Assembly (NCBI GenBank): GCA_964519725.1
Contig: CAZFKS010000002.1
Location: forward strand, 49,325-113,324
DNA from: an uncultured Gammaproteobacteria bacterium
GTDB lineage: Bacteria > Patescibacteriota > Patescibacteriia > Magasanikbacterales > UBA922
Length of the DNA: 64,000 bases
Reading direction: 5' to 3'
A program made the position numbers and the translations under genes. Below the pieces are notes generated by a model that had not been told where the DNA came from, searched no databases, and was given only the letters and a program-made list of their open reading frames with translations. Of the stretch, positions 8,105 to 17,582 are shown one piece after another. How positions within the stretch are numbered: position 1 is the stretch's first letter; each line of letters opens with the position of its first letter.

Positions 8105-8536
8105 ATGTTTATTGGAGAATATAGCCACAGCTTAGATGACAAAGGCCGTTTAGCTGTACCGAAAAAATTTCGGACTGTTTTGGCCAAAGGCGCGGTCATA
8201 ACCCGTGGCCTTGATAACTGTTTGTTTTTGTACACCAAAAACGAATGGGCTAAGCTGGCGGAAAAATTAGCCAACCTGCCTTTTGCCCAGGCCAACACTC
8301 GCGCCTTTGCACGTCTCATGCTGGCGGGAGCCATGGATGTTGACCTGGACAAACAGGGGCGCATCAGTGTACCAGAGTATTTACGGACTTTTAGTGAAAT
8401 GAAGAAAGACGTAATCGTGGCCGGTTTATATAATCGCCTCGAAATCTGGGACGCCGATAAATGGGCGGCCTACACCAAACGCACGGAAGCAGAAAGCAAT
8501 CAAATTGCTGAGCAAATGAGTGAGCTAGGTGTTTAA
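8105..8536 (+). CDS. mraZ: Division/cell wall cluster transcriptional repressor MraZ
   Basis: MFIGEYSHSLDDKGRL, DKQGRI; 143 aa from ATG 8105. Confidence 0.96.
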   Translation: MFIGEYSHSLDDKGRLAVPKKFRTVLAKGAVITRGLDNCLFLYTKNEWAKLAEKLANLPFAQANTRAFARLMLAGAMDVDLDKQGRISVPEYLRTFSEMKKDVIVAGLYNRLEIWDADKWAAYTKRTEAESNQIAEQMSELGV

Positions 8537-8548
8537 ACCAAAACAAAT

Positions 8549-9457
8549 ATGAGACATGTCCCAGTTTTACTGTCAGAAGTTCTGACAGTTTTGCAGCCAA
8601 AACCAAACGACAAATTCATTGACGGTACGGTTGGTGATGCTGGTCACAGTGAAAAAATTCTACAAGCCACTAGTCCTAATGGTTTGCTGTTAGCAATTGA
8701 CGCTGACCCAGAATCACTCCTGCGCGCCAAACAGAATTTGTATGATTTTGGCGAACGCGTTTCGTATGAGCGCGCGAATTTTTCTGAACTGGAGCGAATT
8801 GTTAGTGATCAAAAATTCGGTCTGGTGCAGGGAATTTTGTTAGACCTGGGTTGGTCTAGTCCGCAGTTTGCTGATCGAGGTCGAGGCTTTAGTTTCTTAC
8901 AAGATGAGCCCCTCGACATGCGTTACAGTGCCAAAGGTGAAGAACCAACTGCGGCTGAGCTATTAAATTCGTTTGATAAAAATGAATTAACCAAAGTTTT
9001 CAAAGATTATGGTGAAGAAAATTTAAGTGCAGAAATTGCTGCGGCCATAGTTGACTATCGAACCAATAAAGCAATTGAAAAAACTGGCGAGCTTGTAGAA
9101 ATTATTCTACAAACGTACCGAACAAAATTAAAAACCAATAAAGAAGTGCCCTGGGTGGGCGGTTTGCATCCAGCCACCAAAGTGTTTCAAGCCCTGCGCA
9201 TTGCGGTTAATCATGAGTTAGAAGTAGTGGAAACCGTGATTCCAGCGGCCATGCGAGTGCTGGCACCAGGTGGACGGCTCGCGATTATCACGTTCCATTC
9301 GCTCGAAGATCGCATTGTAAAACACGCGTTCAAAGAGTTAGAAGCCAAACAAATCGGAACCGTTATTACCAAAAAACCAATTGAGTGCAGCGAGGCAGAA
9401 GCAGAAAATAATTCACGCGCTCGCTCGGCCAAGTTACGAGTTATTCAAAAAAATTAA
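8549..9457 (+). CDS. rsmH: 16S rRNA m4C1402 methyltransferase
   Basis: HVPVLL, DLGWSSPQ, RGFSF, HPATKVFQALRIAVN, ITFHSLEDRIVK. Confidence 0.96.
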   Translation: MRHVPVLLSEVLTVLQPKPNDKFIDGTVGDAGHSEKILQATSPNGLLLAIDADPESLLRAKQNLYDFGERVSYERANFSELERIVSDQKFGLVQGILLDLGWSSPQFADRGRGFSFLQDEPLDMRYSAKGEEPTAAELLNSFDKNELTKVFKDYGEENLSAEIAAAIVDYRTNKAIEKTGELVEIILQTYRTKLKTNKEVPWVGGLHPATKVFQALRIAVNHELEVVETVIPAAMRVLAPGGRLAIITFHSLEDRIVKHAFKELEAKQIGTVITKKPIECSEAEAENNSRARSAKLRVIQKN

Positions 9458-9490
9458 TTTACTTAATTGCTAATACACAGACCTGTCACT

Positions 9491-9832
9491 ATGTATTATC
9501 ACTCTGAACGCCAAGTGTCACACACCTTTTGGCTTCAACTAGAAAAGCGCACGCAAAACTATGTGTTTCGGGCGGCCTTTTTAACCCTAACTATTGCGGG
9601 TGCATTTTTTTACGTGTTCCAAATTAACAGTGTGACCACGAGTGGTTATACAATTGGACAATTGCAAAAACAAATTAATGCCTTGGAAACAGAAAATCGC
9701 CAAATTGCGGTGCGCGTTGCCGAAATCCAATCAATTGCTAAACTTTCCAGTGAATTGCAAAATCGCGGGTATGTACCAATCGACCGAGTTGAATACGCTA
9801 GTATTGGTGCGTCCATGGTGGCGAAACGGTAA
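9491..9832 (+). CDS. FtsL-like bitopic coiled-coil protein
   Basis: One TM plus coiled coil, directly after mraZ-rsmH. Confidence 0.6.
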   Translation: MYYHSERQVSHTFWLQLEKRTQNYVFRAAFLTLTIAGAFFYVFQINSVTTSGYTIGQLQKQINALETENRQIAVRVAEIQSIAKLSSELQNRGYVPIDRVEYASIGASMVAKR

Positions 9833-9849
9833 ATATAAACTTATATTGT

Positions 9850-9875
9850 AAACTCTCCACACGGAGAGTTTTTTA
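9850..9875 (+). terminator. Intrinsic terminator AAACTCTCC-ACAC-GGAGAGTTTTTT
   Basis: Perfect stem plus T-run. Confidence 0.75.
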
Positions 9876-9908
9876 TTTCCGCACAGAAAATGGTATACTT
9901 TTGCCAGT

Positions 9909-10265
9909 ATGTTTTTCTTAGTTTTTCCACGCCTGGCAGCTGAATTTTTTTTAGATCTGATTTATTTTCCACTTTGGTGGTATACAGGCGGGATTTTGTA
10001 TATTTTAAAAACTTGTGGCGACCTGATTAAAGCGGGCAACCAAATGCTTGGTCCGGGTTTGTGGCTGCGTAATTTATTTGTCCCAATGTTTGGTCAGCGT
10101 GATTTTCAGGGTCGCGCGGTCAGTGTGCTGATTCGGTTTGGCAATTTTGTGTTTCGCAGTATTGGTTTAATTATGTGGCTGATGATTGTCTTTGTATTAT
10201 TACTGCTGTGGGTAATGGTACCACTACTCGTGGGCTACATGTTTATCCTTTCACTTGGCGCGTAG
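9909..10265 (+). CDS. Small membrane protein preceding the Clp ATPase
   Basis: FPLWWY...WLRNLFVPMFGQRD; hydrophobic; coupled to the next gene. Confidence 0.7.
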   Translation: MFFLVFPRLAAEFFLDLIYFPLWWYTGGILYILKTCGDLIKAGNQMLGPGLWLRNLFVPMFGQRDFQGRAVSVLIRFGNFVFRSIGLIMWLMIVFVLLLLWVMVPLLVGYMFILSLGA

Positions 10266-10266
10266 T

Positions 10267-13011
10267 ATGGATTTTAGTCAAAATGATCAATTTACAATTT
10301 TGGCCTGCCAGCGCTGCGAAGCCAGTGGTCAAGGCACGTACGGAAAGTGCGCCGTGTGCCAGGGTGCAGGCCGAATTACGTTTTGGAATAATGAACTGTT
10401 ATTTTGGAATTGGCCAGTATCGCGCTTTCAACTAAGTTTGCGGCGCGGACGAAATATTTTGAATGCGTTCCGGATGATTGGGGCACTATTATTTGCCTTT
10501 GGTTTGATTGGTTTATTTTTATTTAATATTGTTCAGTTAAATATTGTTGATGATTTATTTACTTTGGAATTTTGGGTCAAAGCCCACGTGTTTGGTAAAA
10601 GTTTATTTTGGCTAGGAATTGTGGCGCTTGGGTATGTGTGGTACCGCGTTATTGTCATGAGCAAGCCCCCGGTTTTACTGCCTCATTACGAACGCATTGA
10701 ATATGATCCAGCCAGTACCCCAGCCCTAGATTGGGACCGACTTCGGAAAGAACATAAAATTAAACGCCGCGATTTAGGGGCCATGTTTACGGGCCAAAGT
10801 AAATTAATTATTGATACTGCGTTTCGCCTTGCCCTCGCCGAAAAAGCACCAGCCGTGACTTTGAAACATTTATTACTCGCCATGTTAGACAAACCAATGG
10901 TCAGTAACATGTTAATTCGGTTAAATGTTTCGCCCCAAACCATTAAAGCTAAAATTAGTAAATTTCCCAGTGAAACTGGAAGTACAGCAGAACCAGTGAT
11001 GTCGCCAGAAGTTGAGCAAATTATCTTTAATGCCTACGCGATTGCGGCTAAAACCCAGGACTCACACGTACGCGAAAGTGAGCTACTTTTGGCAATAGTA
11101 CGTGGTTGGCCAGAACTGCAGGAACTTTTGTATGATGTAAATATTGATAGTACTAAATTGGATAATGTGGTGGCTTGGGTGCGGATCCGGGAAAAACTAC
11201 GCGAAAATTATTTGTCACTCCGCAAAGCATCATCGCACCGTGATAAACACGGCATGGATCGGGCCATGACCGCGGTTTCTACGCCATTTTTAAACCAATT
11301 TAGTGAAGACATTACCCTTAAAGCGCAATTTGGACACCTTGAACCATGTGTGGCGCGTGAAACTGAACTGGAAGAAATTTTTCGGATTATTGAAGGTGGT
11401 CAGCAAAGTGTACTCTTGGTTGGTCCAGTTGGGGTCGGGAAAATGAGTATTATCGAGGGAATTGCGCAGCGCATGATTGAAGATGATGTACCTGATCGAT
11501 TAAAAGATAAGCGGCTGGTGCAAATTTCTACGTCCGCACTACTGGCTGGTACGACTGTATCGGGAGCGCAAGAACGGCTCATTCACATCATGAATGAACT
11601 GTCTAAAGCACGTAATATTATTTTAGTCATTAATAATGTGACTGATTTAATTACGGGTGGCAAAGAAGATAGTGGTATGAATGTGGCGGAAACATTGGCC
11701 GAATATTTGAGTGGTGGAAATTTTTTAACCATTGCCACCACTAATCCCGATGCGTATCACCGGCACATTGCGAACACTGAACTGAGTTCTGTTTTTGCCA
11801 AAGTAGAAGTGCCAATCATGGAAGATAATCAGGTCATTCAGGTGTTAGAATCAAAAGTTGGGTATGTGGAATATAAACACCAAGTGTTTTTTTCCTATGA
11901 TGCGCTCTCAGCTTGTGTGACGTATGCACTCAGATTTTTACATGATCAGTATGTGCCAGAAAGTGCACTCGCGCTCATGTCGGAAAGTGCTAGTTTAGCG
12001 CACGCTAAACATGCGAAAAACCCACTGGTCACTGGTGAAGATGTGGCCCAGGTAATTGGACAGAAAACTGGTATTCCATCAACTACCATTAGTGAAGATG
12101 AATCAAGTAAACTCTTGCGTTTGGAAGAAGCCATGCACGAACGTGTGGTTGGGCAAAGCGAAGCCGTAACCATGGTGGCGTCAGCCCTCCGCCGCGCCCG
12201 CGCGGAAATTCGCTCGAAAAATCGGCCAATTGCCAACTTTTTGTTCCTTGGCCCAACTGGGGTTGGTAAAACTGAACTCGCCAAAACCATTGCGGATGTG
12301 TATTTTGGCAATGAAGACCGGATGATTCGCGTAGACATGAGTGAGTATCAAGATAAAACTAGTATGTACCGGCTTATTGGTCAACCAGGTGAGCAGGGTA
12401 GTGGTTTACTGACTGAAGCCGTGCGTGAAAAACCATTTTCATTGGTCCTTTTAGATGAGCTGGAAAAAGCTGATCCAAATATTTTAAATTTATTTTTATC
12501 AGTGTTTGATGATGGTCGATTAACTGACAGTGTTGGACGCGTGATTGATTTTACCAACACTATTATTATTGCGACTTCAAATGCTGGAACTGGTTATATT
12601 CAAGAAGCCGTGCAAGCGGGTAAGGCGACTGGAGAAATTCGTGAGCAATTGCTTCGCAAAGAATTAAAACAATTTTATCGCCCAGAATTTTTGAACCGGT
12701 TTGACGGGGTAATTGTATTTACACCGCTTACGCGTGAAGAAATTAAACAGGTGGCCAAGTTTATGCTTAAACGTGTGGCCAAGGATTTGGAAAAACGCGG
12801 GGTGGCCTTGCGGATTGAAGACGCAGCTCTCGAAGCTTTGGCAGAAGTTGGTTTTGACCCAGAGTTTGGCGCCCGGCCAATGCGTCGTGCCATTCAAGAA
12901 CGGGTTGAAGATAAACTAGCTGAATTAGTTTTGAATAATAAATTAACCCGCCGGTCAGTGGTGGTCCTGGGTGAGGGTGCGAATATTACCGTGGAAAACC
13001 CTACCCGCTAG
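10267..13011 (+). CDS. ClpA/B/C-family AAA+ ATPase with N-terminal zinc-finger and TM segments
   Basis: CxxC...CxxCxGxG, two TMs, Clp-N repeats, GPVGVGKM, FLFLGPTGVGKTE, RVDMSEY, LLDELEKA, FGARPMRR. Confidence 0.9.
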   Translation: MDFSQNDQFTILACQRCEASGQGTYGKCAVCQGAGRITFWNNELLFWNWPVSRFQLSLRRGRNILNAFRMIGALLFAFGLIGLFLFNIVQLNIVDDLFTLEFWVKAHVFGKSLFWLGIVALGYVWYRVIVMSKPPVLLPHYERIEYDPASTPALDWDRLRKEHKIKRRDLGAMFTGQSKLIIDTAFRLALAEKAPAVTLKHLLLAMLDKPMVSNMLIRLNVSPQTIKAKISKFPSETGSTAEPVMSPEVEQIIFNAYAIAAKTQDSHVRESELLLAIVRGWPELQELLYDVNIDSTKLDNVVAWVRIREKLRENYLSLRKASSHRDKHGMDRAMTAVSTPFLNQFSEDITLKAQFGHLEPCVARETELEEIFRIIEGGQQSVLLVGPVGVGKMSIIEGIAQRMIEDDVPDRLKDKRLVQISTSALLAGTTVSGAQERLIHIMNELSKARNIILVINNVTDLITGGKEDSGMNVAETLAEYLSGGNFLTIATTNPDAYHRHIANTELSSVFAKVEVPIMEDNQVIQVLESKVGYVEYKHQVFFSYDALSACVTYALRFLHDQYVPESALALMSESASLAHAKHAKNPLVTGEDVAQVIGQKTGIPSTTISEDESSKLLRLEEAMHERVVGQSEAVTMVASALRRARAEIRSKNRPIANFLFLGPTGVGKTELAKTIADVYFGNEDRMIRVDMSEYQDKTSMYRLIGQPGEQGSGLLTEAVREKPFSLVLLDELEKADPNILNLFLSVFDDGRLTDSVGRVIDFTNTIIIATSNAGTGYIQEAVQAGKATGEIREQLLRKELKQFYRPEFLNRFDGVIVFTPLTREEIKQVAKFMLKRVAKDLEKRGVALRIEDAALEALAEVGFDPEFGARPMRRAIQERVEDKLAELVLNNKLTRRSVVVLGEGANITVENPTR

Positions 13012-13050
13012 GCTTGTTTCTGTTTCAAGACCACAGTATACTGTGCGCGT

Positions 13051-14088
13051 ATGCCTAATTTATCAGCGCTTTGGTTTGCGGGAATTGTTAGCTGCCTGGT
13101 CACACCCCTGGTGGCAGTGGTCATGCGGCGGTTCCGAATTTTAGATTATCCGCGCCAAGAGCGAAAAATTCACACTGAGCCAATTCCCCTTGGTGGTGGG
13201 CTCGCGATTTTTATTACCTTTTTTGGCCTTTTGTTTTTGGCCGTCACGTTTGGTTTTTTTGAATTTAGGGCTATTAGTAGCAGTGAACTTTTGGTAATTT
13301 TTGTGGGCGCCACTGTGCTCATGATTGGTGGAATTTGGGATGATGCCAAAACTTTGCGTCCGCGGTACCAAATTATTTTTCCCATTGTGGCCAGCCTCCT
13401 GGCAGTTGCAGCTGGGATTGCGCCAGAAGTTGTAACCAATCCGTTTGGTGGGACGATTAATTTAAATGATCTGATTCCATCTCTCACCGCTGGACTGCAA
13501 GGCGCCAATATTATTTTATTTGTCTGGCTCATGGGTATGATGTTTACCACCAAATTTTTGGATGGCTTAGATGGGCTCGTGGCTGGTATGGTGTGCATTG
13601 GTTCAATTGTCATTTATTTACTTACTAAGCAGCCAGCTTGGTTTCAACCTGAAGTTGGTTTTTTGGCCTTATTATTGGCTGGCTCATGTTTAGGATTTTT
13701 AATTTGGAATTTTCACCCCGCCAAAATATTTTTGGGTGAGGGTGGTAGTTTACTGACTGGCTATTTGCTTGCGACCATAGCGGTAATTTCTGGTAGTAAA
13801 ATTATTACCACGCTCCTAGTAATGGGTGTGCCAGCGCTCGATGTGGCGCGAGTGATTGGCGCGCGCCTACTCAAAAAACAATCAGTGTTTGTGGGAGATA
13901 GTAATCACTTACATTTTCAATTAATTAAATCTGGCCTGACTCAGCGCCAGGCTGTAGCGGTATTTTACAGTATTGGTTTAGTGTTTGGATTGTCAACTTT
14001 ATTTTTAACTAATTTTTTCAAATTAGTGGCGTTTAGTATTGTGGCCGTACTACTCCTAATTTTAACACGAGTGTTAAAACGCGCTTAA
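13051..14088 (+). CDS. WecA/TagO-like undecaprenyl-phosphate GlcNAc-1-P transferase (MraY/GT4 family)
   Basis: PIPLGGGL, GIWDD, FLDGLDGL, NFHPAKIFLGEGG, HLH. Confidence 0.9.
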   Translation: MPNLSALWFAGIVSCLVTPLVAVVMRRFRILDYPRQERKIHTEPIPLGGGLAIFITFFGLLFLAVTFGFFEFRAISSSELLVIFVGATVLMIGGIWDDAKTLRPRYQIIFPIVASLLAVAAGIAPEVVTNPFGGTINLNDLIPSLTAGLQGANIILFVWLMGMMFTTKFLDGLDGLVAGMVCIGSIVIYLLTKQPAWFQPEVGFLALLLAGSCLGFLIWNFHPAKIFLGEGGSLLTGYLLATIAVISGSKIITTLLVMGVPALDVARVIGARLLKKQSVFVGDSNHLHFQLIKSGLTQRQAVAVFYSIGLVFGLSTLFLTNFFKLVAFSIVAVLLLILTRVLKRA

Positions 14089-14089
14089 T

Positions 14090-14557
14090 ATGGAAGAAAA
14101 AAAATCACACTACTCATTTAAAGTCATGTTAATTGTGTTTGTAGTGGCCGTTGGCGCCGTGCAGCTCTACCGATTTTATTGGCCTAAAGCCACCGTAGTT
14201 TTGGCTGGTAAAACTTTAGAAGTAGAAGTGGCTGATAATGTCTACCGTCATACCAAGGGTCTCGGTGGACGTGATTCAATGGGAAAATACGATGGCATGC
14301 TCTTTATTTTTTCTAGTTCAGCCCAGTATGCGTTTATCATGCGTGACACGCGTTTTCCGATTGATATTATTTGGTTTGAACAGGGGAAAGTGGTGGATAT
14401 AGCGCCGAATGTTCAGCCTGAGCCTGGTGTGCCCGAGGCGGATTTGAAGCGCTATGCCCCGCGGAAGCCGGCCAATGCTGTCCTGGAGCTTAATGCGGGC
14501 TGGGCTGAGAAACACAGTTTGAAAATTGGTGACACTTTGTCAGTTTTAGATGAATAA
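14090..14557 (+). CDS. DUF192 family protein
   Basis: EVEVAD, GMLFIF, MRDTRFPIDIIW, VLELNAG. Confidence 0.88.
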   Translation: MEEKKSHYSFKVMLIVFVVAVGAVQLYRFYWPKATVVLAGKTLEVEVADNVYRHTKGLGGRDSMGKYDGMLFIFSSSAQYAFIMRDTRFPIDIIWFEQGKVVDIAPNVQPEPGVPEADLKRYAPRKPANAVLELNAGWAEKHSLKIGDTLSVLDE

Positions 14558-14561
14558 ATAT

Positions 14562-14595
14562 TGACAATTAGTTAAAAATAAAGTAAGATGAACAA
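14562..14595 (+). promoter_or_regulatory. sigma70 promoter TTGACA-17-TAAGAT for the orphan at 14697
   Basis: Consensus match. Confidence 0.6.
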
Positions 14596-14696
14596 CTCTT
14601 AGCATTTTTGTGTTTGGCAAAAAGATTATAAAAATTATAATTTTTATGCCCAACGCAATTCCCGGACTTTCCCGGCCTGCGTTCTAGGAGGCATCC

Positions 14697-15092
14697 ATGA
14701 CCATCAAGACCCTGTTCCTTCTCGCCACCCTCTCCTTCCACGGATGCGCCCACGCATTGTCGTATGAGGATCAGGGGGAAGCCTGCACCAAGGTGCGGGA
14801 TGACTCCCGGATTCAACGGGGTTTTATCCAGGACTTTTTGCAGAAGTGCGAGGAGTTCTGCGGTGAGCTCAATCACCAGGTGAAGGAGTATTATAGCTAC
14901 GAAGCGCGAGCCGAACGAATCTGTCCAGACCACATTCAAACCCTGAACTACCTCGATGACCTATCGAGGAAAGTTCTCGAGAAGAACCAGGAGTGTGGCT
15001 GTGTCCCGCCAGAGGGACTGAGTCTCGAGTCCAGGCTCGAGAACGTGGCCCCGCCCGGGGCGTCGTACAAGCGCCTTCGGCGTAAGAACTGA
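14697..15092 (+). CDS. GC-rich orphan, Cys-rich putative secreted or lipoprotein
   Basis: SD AGGAGG 5 nt before ATG; signal-like N-terminus ending in FHGC; several Cys. Confidence 0.7.
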   Translation: MTIKTLFLLATLSFHGCAHALSYEDQGEACTKVRDDSRIQRGFIQDFLQKCEEFCGELNHQVKEYYSYEARAERICPDHIQTLNYLDDLSRKVLEKNQECGCVPPEGLSLESRLENVAPPGASYKRLRRKN

Positions 15093-15114
15093 CCCGAAAG
15101 GGGTGGGCAGTGGG

Positions 15115-15197
15115 GGAGACGCCGACCCCTCGAATAGCCTGCTAAGTCTCTAAAAATGGGGGTTTAGCAGGAGGGTTCGAGGGGTTTTGGCTGTCTT
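15115..15197 (+). repeat. Long imperfect inverted repeat (~33 bp stem with G-U pairs)
   Basis: GACCCCTCGAA/TTCGAGGGGTT and CCTGCTAAG/TTTAGCAGG arms. Confidence 0.75.
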
Positions 15198-15224
15198 GAC
15201 AGAAAAAGCCTAGTTTGATATAAT
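15196..15224 (+). promoter_or_regulatory. Perfect sigma70 promoter TTGACA-17-TATAAT for rplU
   Basis: Exact consensus. Confidence 0.85.
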
Positions 15225-15268
15225 CCTCCTACTTAGCAAATTTATCCTATTTTCGTTAATTTAGTTTT

Positions 15269-15583
15269 ATGTTCGCAGTTATTGAAACTGGCGGCAAGCA
15301 ATATCTCGTAAAGAGTGGCGAAGCCCTAAAAATTGAAAAATTACCGGTTGCCGTTGGTGGCACTGTGACCTTTGATAAGGTTCTCATGCTGGCTGACGAA
15401 GATGGTTTGAACGTTGAAGTTGGTAAACCTTACCTCACTGGCGTAACTGTTTCAGCCGATGTGACTGAACAAGGCCGCAATAAGAAAATTTTGGTGGTTA
15501 AATATAAGCGTAAAGTTCGCTATAAGCGGACCCGTGGTCACCGCCAACAGTTTACCAAAGTTAAAGTTTCAGCCGTTAAATAA
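15269..15583 (+). CDS. rplU: 50S ribosomal protein L21
   Basis: MFAVIETGGKQYLV, GHRQQFT. Confidence 0.97.
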   Translation: MFAVIETGGKQYLVKSGEALKIEKLPVAVGGTVTFDKVLMLADEDGLNVEVGKPYLTGVTVSADVTEQGRNKKILVVKYKRKVRYKRTRGHRQQFTKVKVSAVK

Positions 15584-15586
15584 GCC

Positions 15587-15613
15587 AAAAACTTCCCCAA
15601 GCGGGAAGTTTTT
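15587..15613 (+). terminator. Intrinsic terminator after rplU
   Basis: AAAAACTTCCC/GGGAAGTTTTT. Confidence 0.75.
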
Positions 15614-15621
15614 ATTTACCT

Positions 15622-15647
15622 TGAAATATTCGGCTGGTTCAGGTGTA
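15622..15647 (+). promoter_or_regulatory. ECF-type promoter TGAAAT-16-TGTA (probably autoregulatory)
   Basis: Same motif repeated at 16913-16938; resembles SigW TGAAAC-16-CGTA. Confidence 0.6.
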
Positions 15648-15658
15648 ATATAAGTGTT

Positions 15659-16207
15659 ATGCCGGAAACCAAACAGAGTGATGAAGCCATTATTGAGGCA
15701 GTCAGAAACAATCAGCCCGAGCTATACGGCGAAATCATTCGGCGGTACCAGGAAAAACTCACCCGGTATATCCGCCGTTTTAGTGCAAATGAAGCTAACC
15801 AGGAGGATATTTTGCAAGAGGTGTTTATAAAGGCCTACCGGAATTTGCAGGATTTTGACACGAGCCGATCATTTTCGTCCTGGATTTATCGGATCACGCA
15901 CAATGAAGCGATTAATCATTTGAAAAAAACGCAGCGCGAGTCCCTGGTAATTGATGAGTGGGAATGGGAAGTGGCGGACGAGCGCCTGGAACTGGGTGTG
16001 CACTTAGATAAGGCGCAGGCGGCCAAAGACATGCAGCGGGCCCTGCTTAAATTAAAAGAAAAATATCGCGAACCCTTAATTTTATATTTTTTTGAAGATA
16101 AATCATACGAAGAAATCAGTGATATTTTGCGCTTGCCCCGAAACACAGTTGGAACTTTGATTGCGCGCGGTAAAGCCCAATTGAAAACGATTTTAGAAAG
16201 TATATGA
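15659..16207 (+). CDS. ECF RNA polymerase sigma factor (SigW/RpoE-like)
   Basis: EDILQEVFIKAY, FSSWIYRI, region 4 SYEEISDIL...TVGTLIARGK. Confidence 0.93.
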   Translation: MPETKQSDEAIIEAVRNNQPELYGEIIRRYQEKLTRYIRRFSANEANQEDILQEVFIKAYRNLQDFDTSRSFSSWIYRITHNEAINHLKKTQRESLVIDEWEWEVADERLELGVHLDKAQAAKDMQRALLKLKEKYREPLILYFFEDKSYEEISDILRLPRNTVGTLIARGKAQLKTILESI

Positions 16208-16920
16208 GTGAAGATAATCACAATTTAGAGTCCAAGGTCATGTCAGACATTACAACCGGTCGGGTAAAAATGCGGTCCCGGTATTTGTTTGCTGCGGAAA
16301 AATTTGGCTTGGGCAGTGCCGTGATTTTAACCATTTTGTTAGCTGTACTGACATGTACGGTAGTCTTATTTTACTTTGTGTCGGCTGACTCATTGACCTA
16401 TTTGCAATTTGGTAATCCGGGTCTGCTAGCGTTTTTGGAATCATTTCCATTCCCACTCGTGATTACGTTAATTTTATTAATTTTTATTGCTGGCCGATTA
16501 CTTGCGCTCACTGGTCGGGTGTATAAATATTCGTATGGAATTGTGGCGCTGGCCTTACTCTTATTAGTGTTTGGAACTGGTTTTGGGCTTGCGGCCACTG
16601 ATGTAGCCGAAAAAATTTCCACGCGACCAATTTTGGCGCCATTTGTTCACCCAAAATTAGGTGAACATAGTCGGGGTGTGGCGGGCCGGGTAATTTTAAT
16701 TAGTGAAAATGTAGTGGTGGTGCAAACACCGCGCTCAGAAATTTCCGTGGATACTTTTAGAGCGGCCTGGCAGCCAGAAGATGAACGTCCAGAACCAGGA
16801 ATGTTTGTGGTGGCAATTGGTAAGTGGCACGGTGATTCATTTGTGGCCAACCACATTAAAATTGTCCCACCCGAAGAATTGCGGTTACTCCGCCTGCGCG
16901 TACCGCCCCGATTGAAATAA
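16204..16920 (+). CDS. Membrane protein, putative anti-sigma factor
   Basis: Overlaps the sigma stop codon; 3 TMs plus an extracytoplasmic beta domain. Confidence 0.6.
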   Translation: MSEDNHNLESKVMSDITTGRVKMRSRYLFAAEKFGLGSAVILTILLAVLTCTVVLFYFVSADSLTYLQFGNPGLLAFLESFPFPLVITLILLIFIAGRLLALTGRVYKYSYGIVALALLLLVFGTGFGLAATDVAEKISTRPILAPFVHPKLGEHSRGVAGRVILISENVVVVQTPRSEISVDTFRAAWQPEDERPEPGMFVVAIGKWHGDSFVANHIKIVPPEELRLLRLRVPPRLK

Positions 16921-16938
16921 AGTTTTGAGTGGGCTGTA
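16913..16938 (+). promoter_or_regulatory. Second ECF-type promoter TGAAAT-16-TGTA
   Basis: Identical spacing and motif to 15622-15647. Confidence 0.55.
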
Positions 16939-16973
16939 GTATATATAGCAGCTGCGTAATTAACTCAATTTAT

Positions 16974-17528
16974 ATGAAAATGAATAAAAAATATTTGCTC
17001 GCTATCCCAGCGTTAGCCCTTGCCGGCGCCGTTGTCGCCGGCTCTGTGTCAGCGGCCAATACCACTGACACTACTACTCCAACCGCTCAAGCACAGCAAC
17101 GCGGCCCTGGCGGTCCAGGTGGATTTGGTGGAAAATTCATGATGCACGGTGATTTTGGTGGTGACATTGGTGATTCAGACCGCTTTGTCGAACGTCTCAC
17201 TAGTGAAGCTTCAATCCTTGGTATTTCACTAGATGAAATGAAAACTTACTGGTCACAAGGTAAAAACATCAGGGATATTGCCACGGAAAAAGGGATTACT
17301 GATGAACAATTAAAAACTAAATTAGAAACAGCGGCTGAAGCTAGGGCAACTGCTAGTTTAAAAGCTTTGGTTGATAAAGGTGTGATCACCCAAGCCCAAG
17401 CTGATGCTCGGGCCACAGCCATGAAAAACATGAAAACAAAAATGGCTGAACAAATGAAAAATCGTCCCCAACTGAAACGCGGTACAGCGCCAACCGCACC
17501 AACTCAAACTCAGCCAACCCAATCATAA
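16974..17528 (+). CDS. Secreted helical protein (Gly-rich, YckD/Spy-like)
   Basis: Signal peptide, GPGG repeats, LVDKGVITQAQAD motif. Confidence 0.7.
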   Translation: MKMNKKYLLAIPALALAGAVVAGSVSAANTTDTTTPTAQAQQRGPGGPGGFGGKFMMHGDFGGDIGDSDRFVERLTSEASILGISLDEMKTYWSQGKNIRDIATEKGITDEQLKTKLETAAEARATASLKALVDKGVITQAQADARATAMKNMKTKMAEQMKNRPQLKRGTAPTAPTQTQPTQS

Positions 17529-17551
17529 TCACTTTTCAAAAGTAAGGAACA

Positions 17552-17582
17552 AATAAAACCGTCTGACAGGGCGGTTTTATTT
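17552..17582. terminator. Bidirectional terminator
   Basis: AATAAAACCG...CGGTTTTATT between convergent genes. Confidence 0.7.

Noticed and set aside
15115-15197. Integron attC site or cassette array explaining the GC-rich orphans
   Set aside because: No RYYYAAC/GTTRRRY core pair, no shared repeat among the orphan flanks, no tandem array and no integrase.
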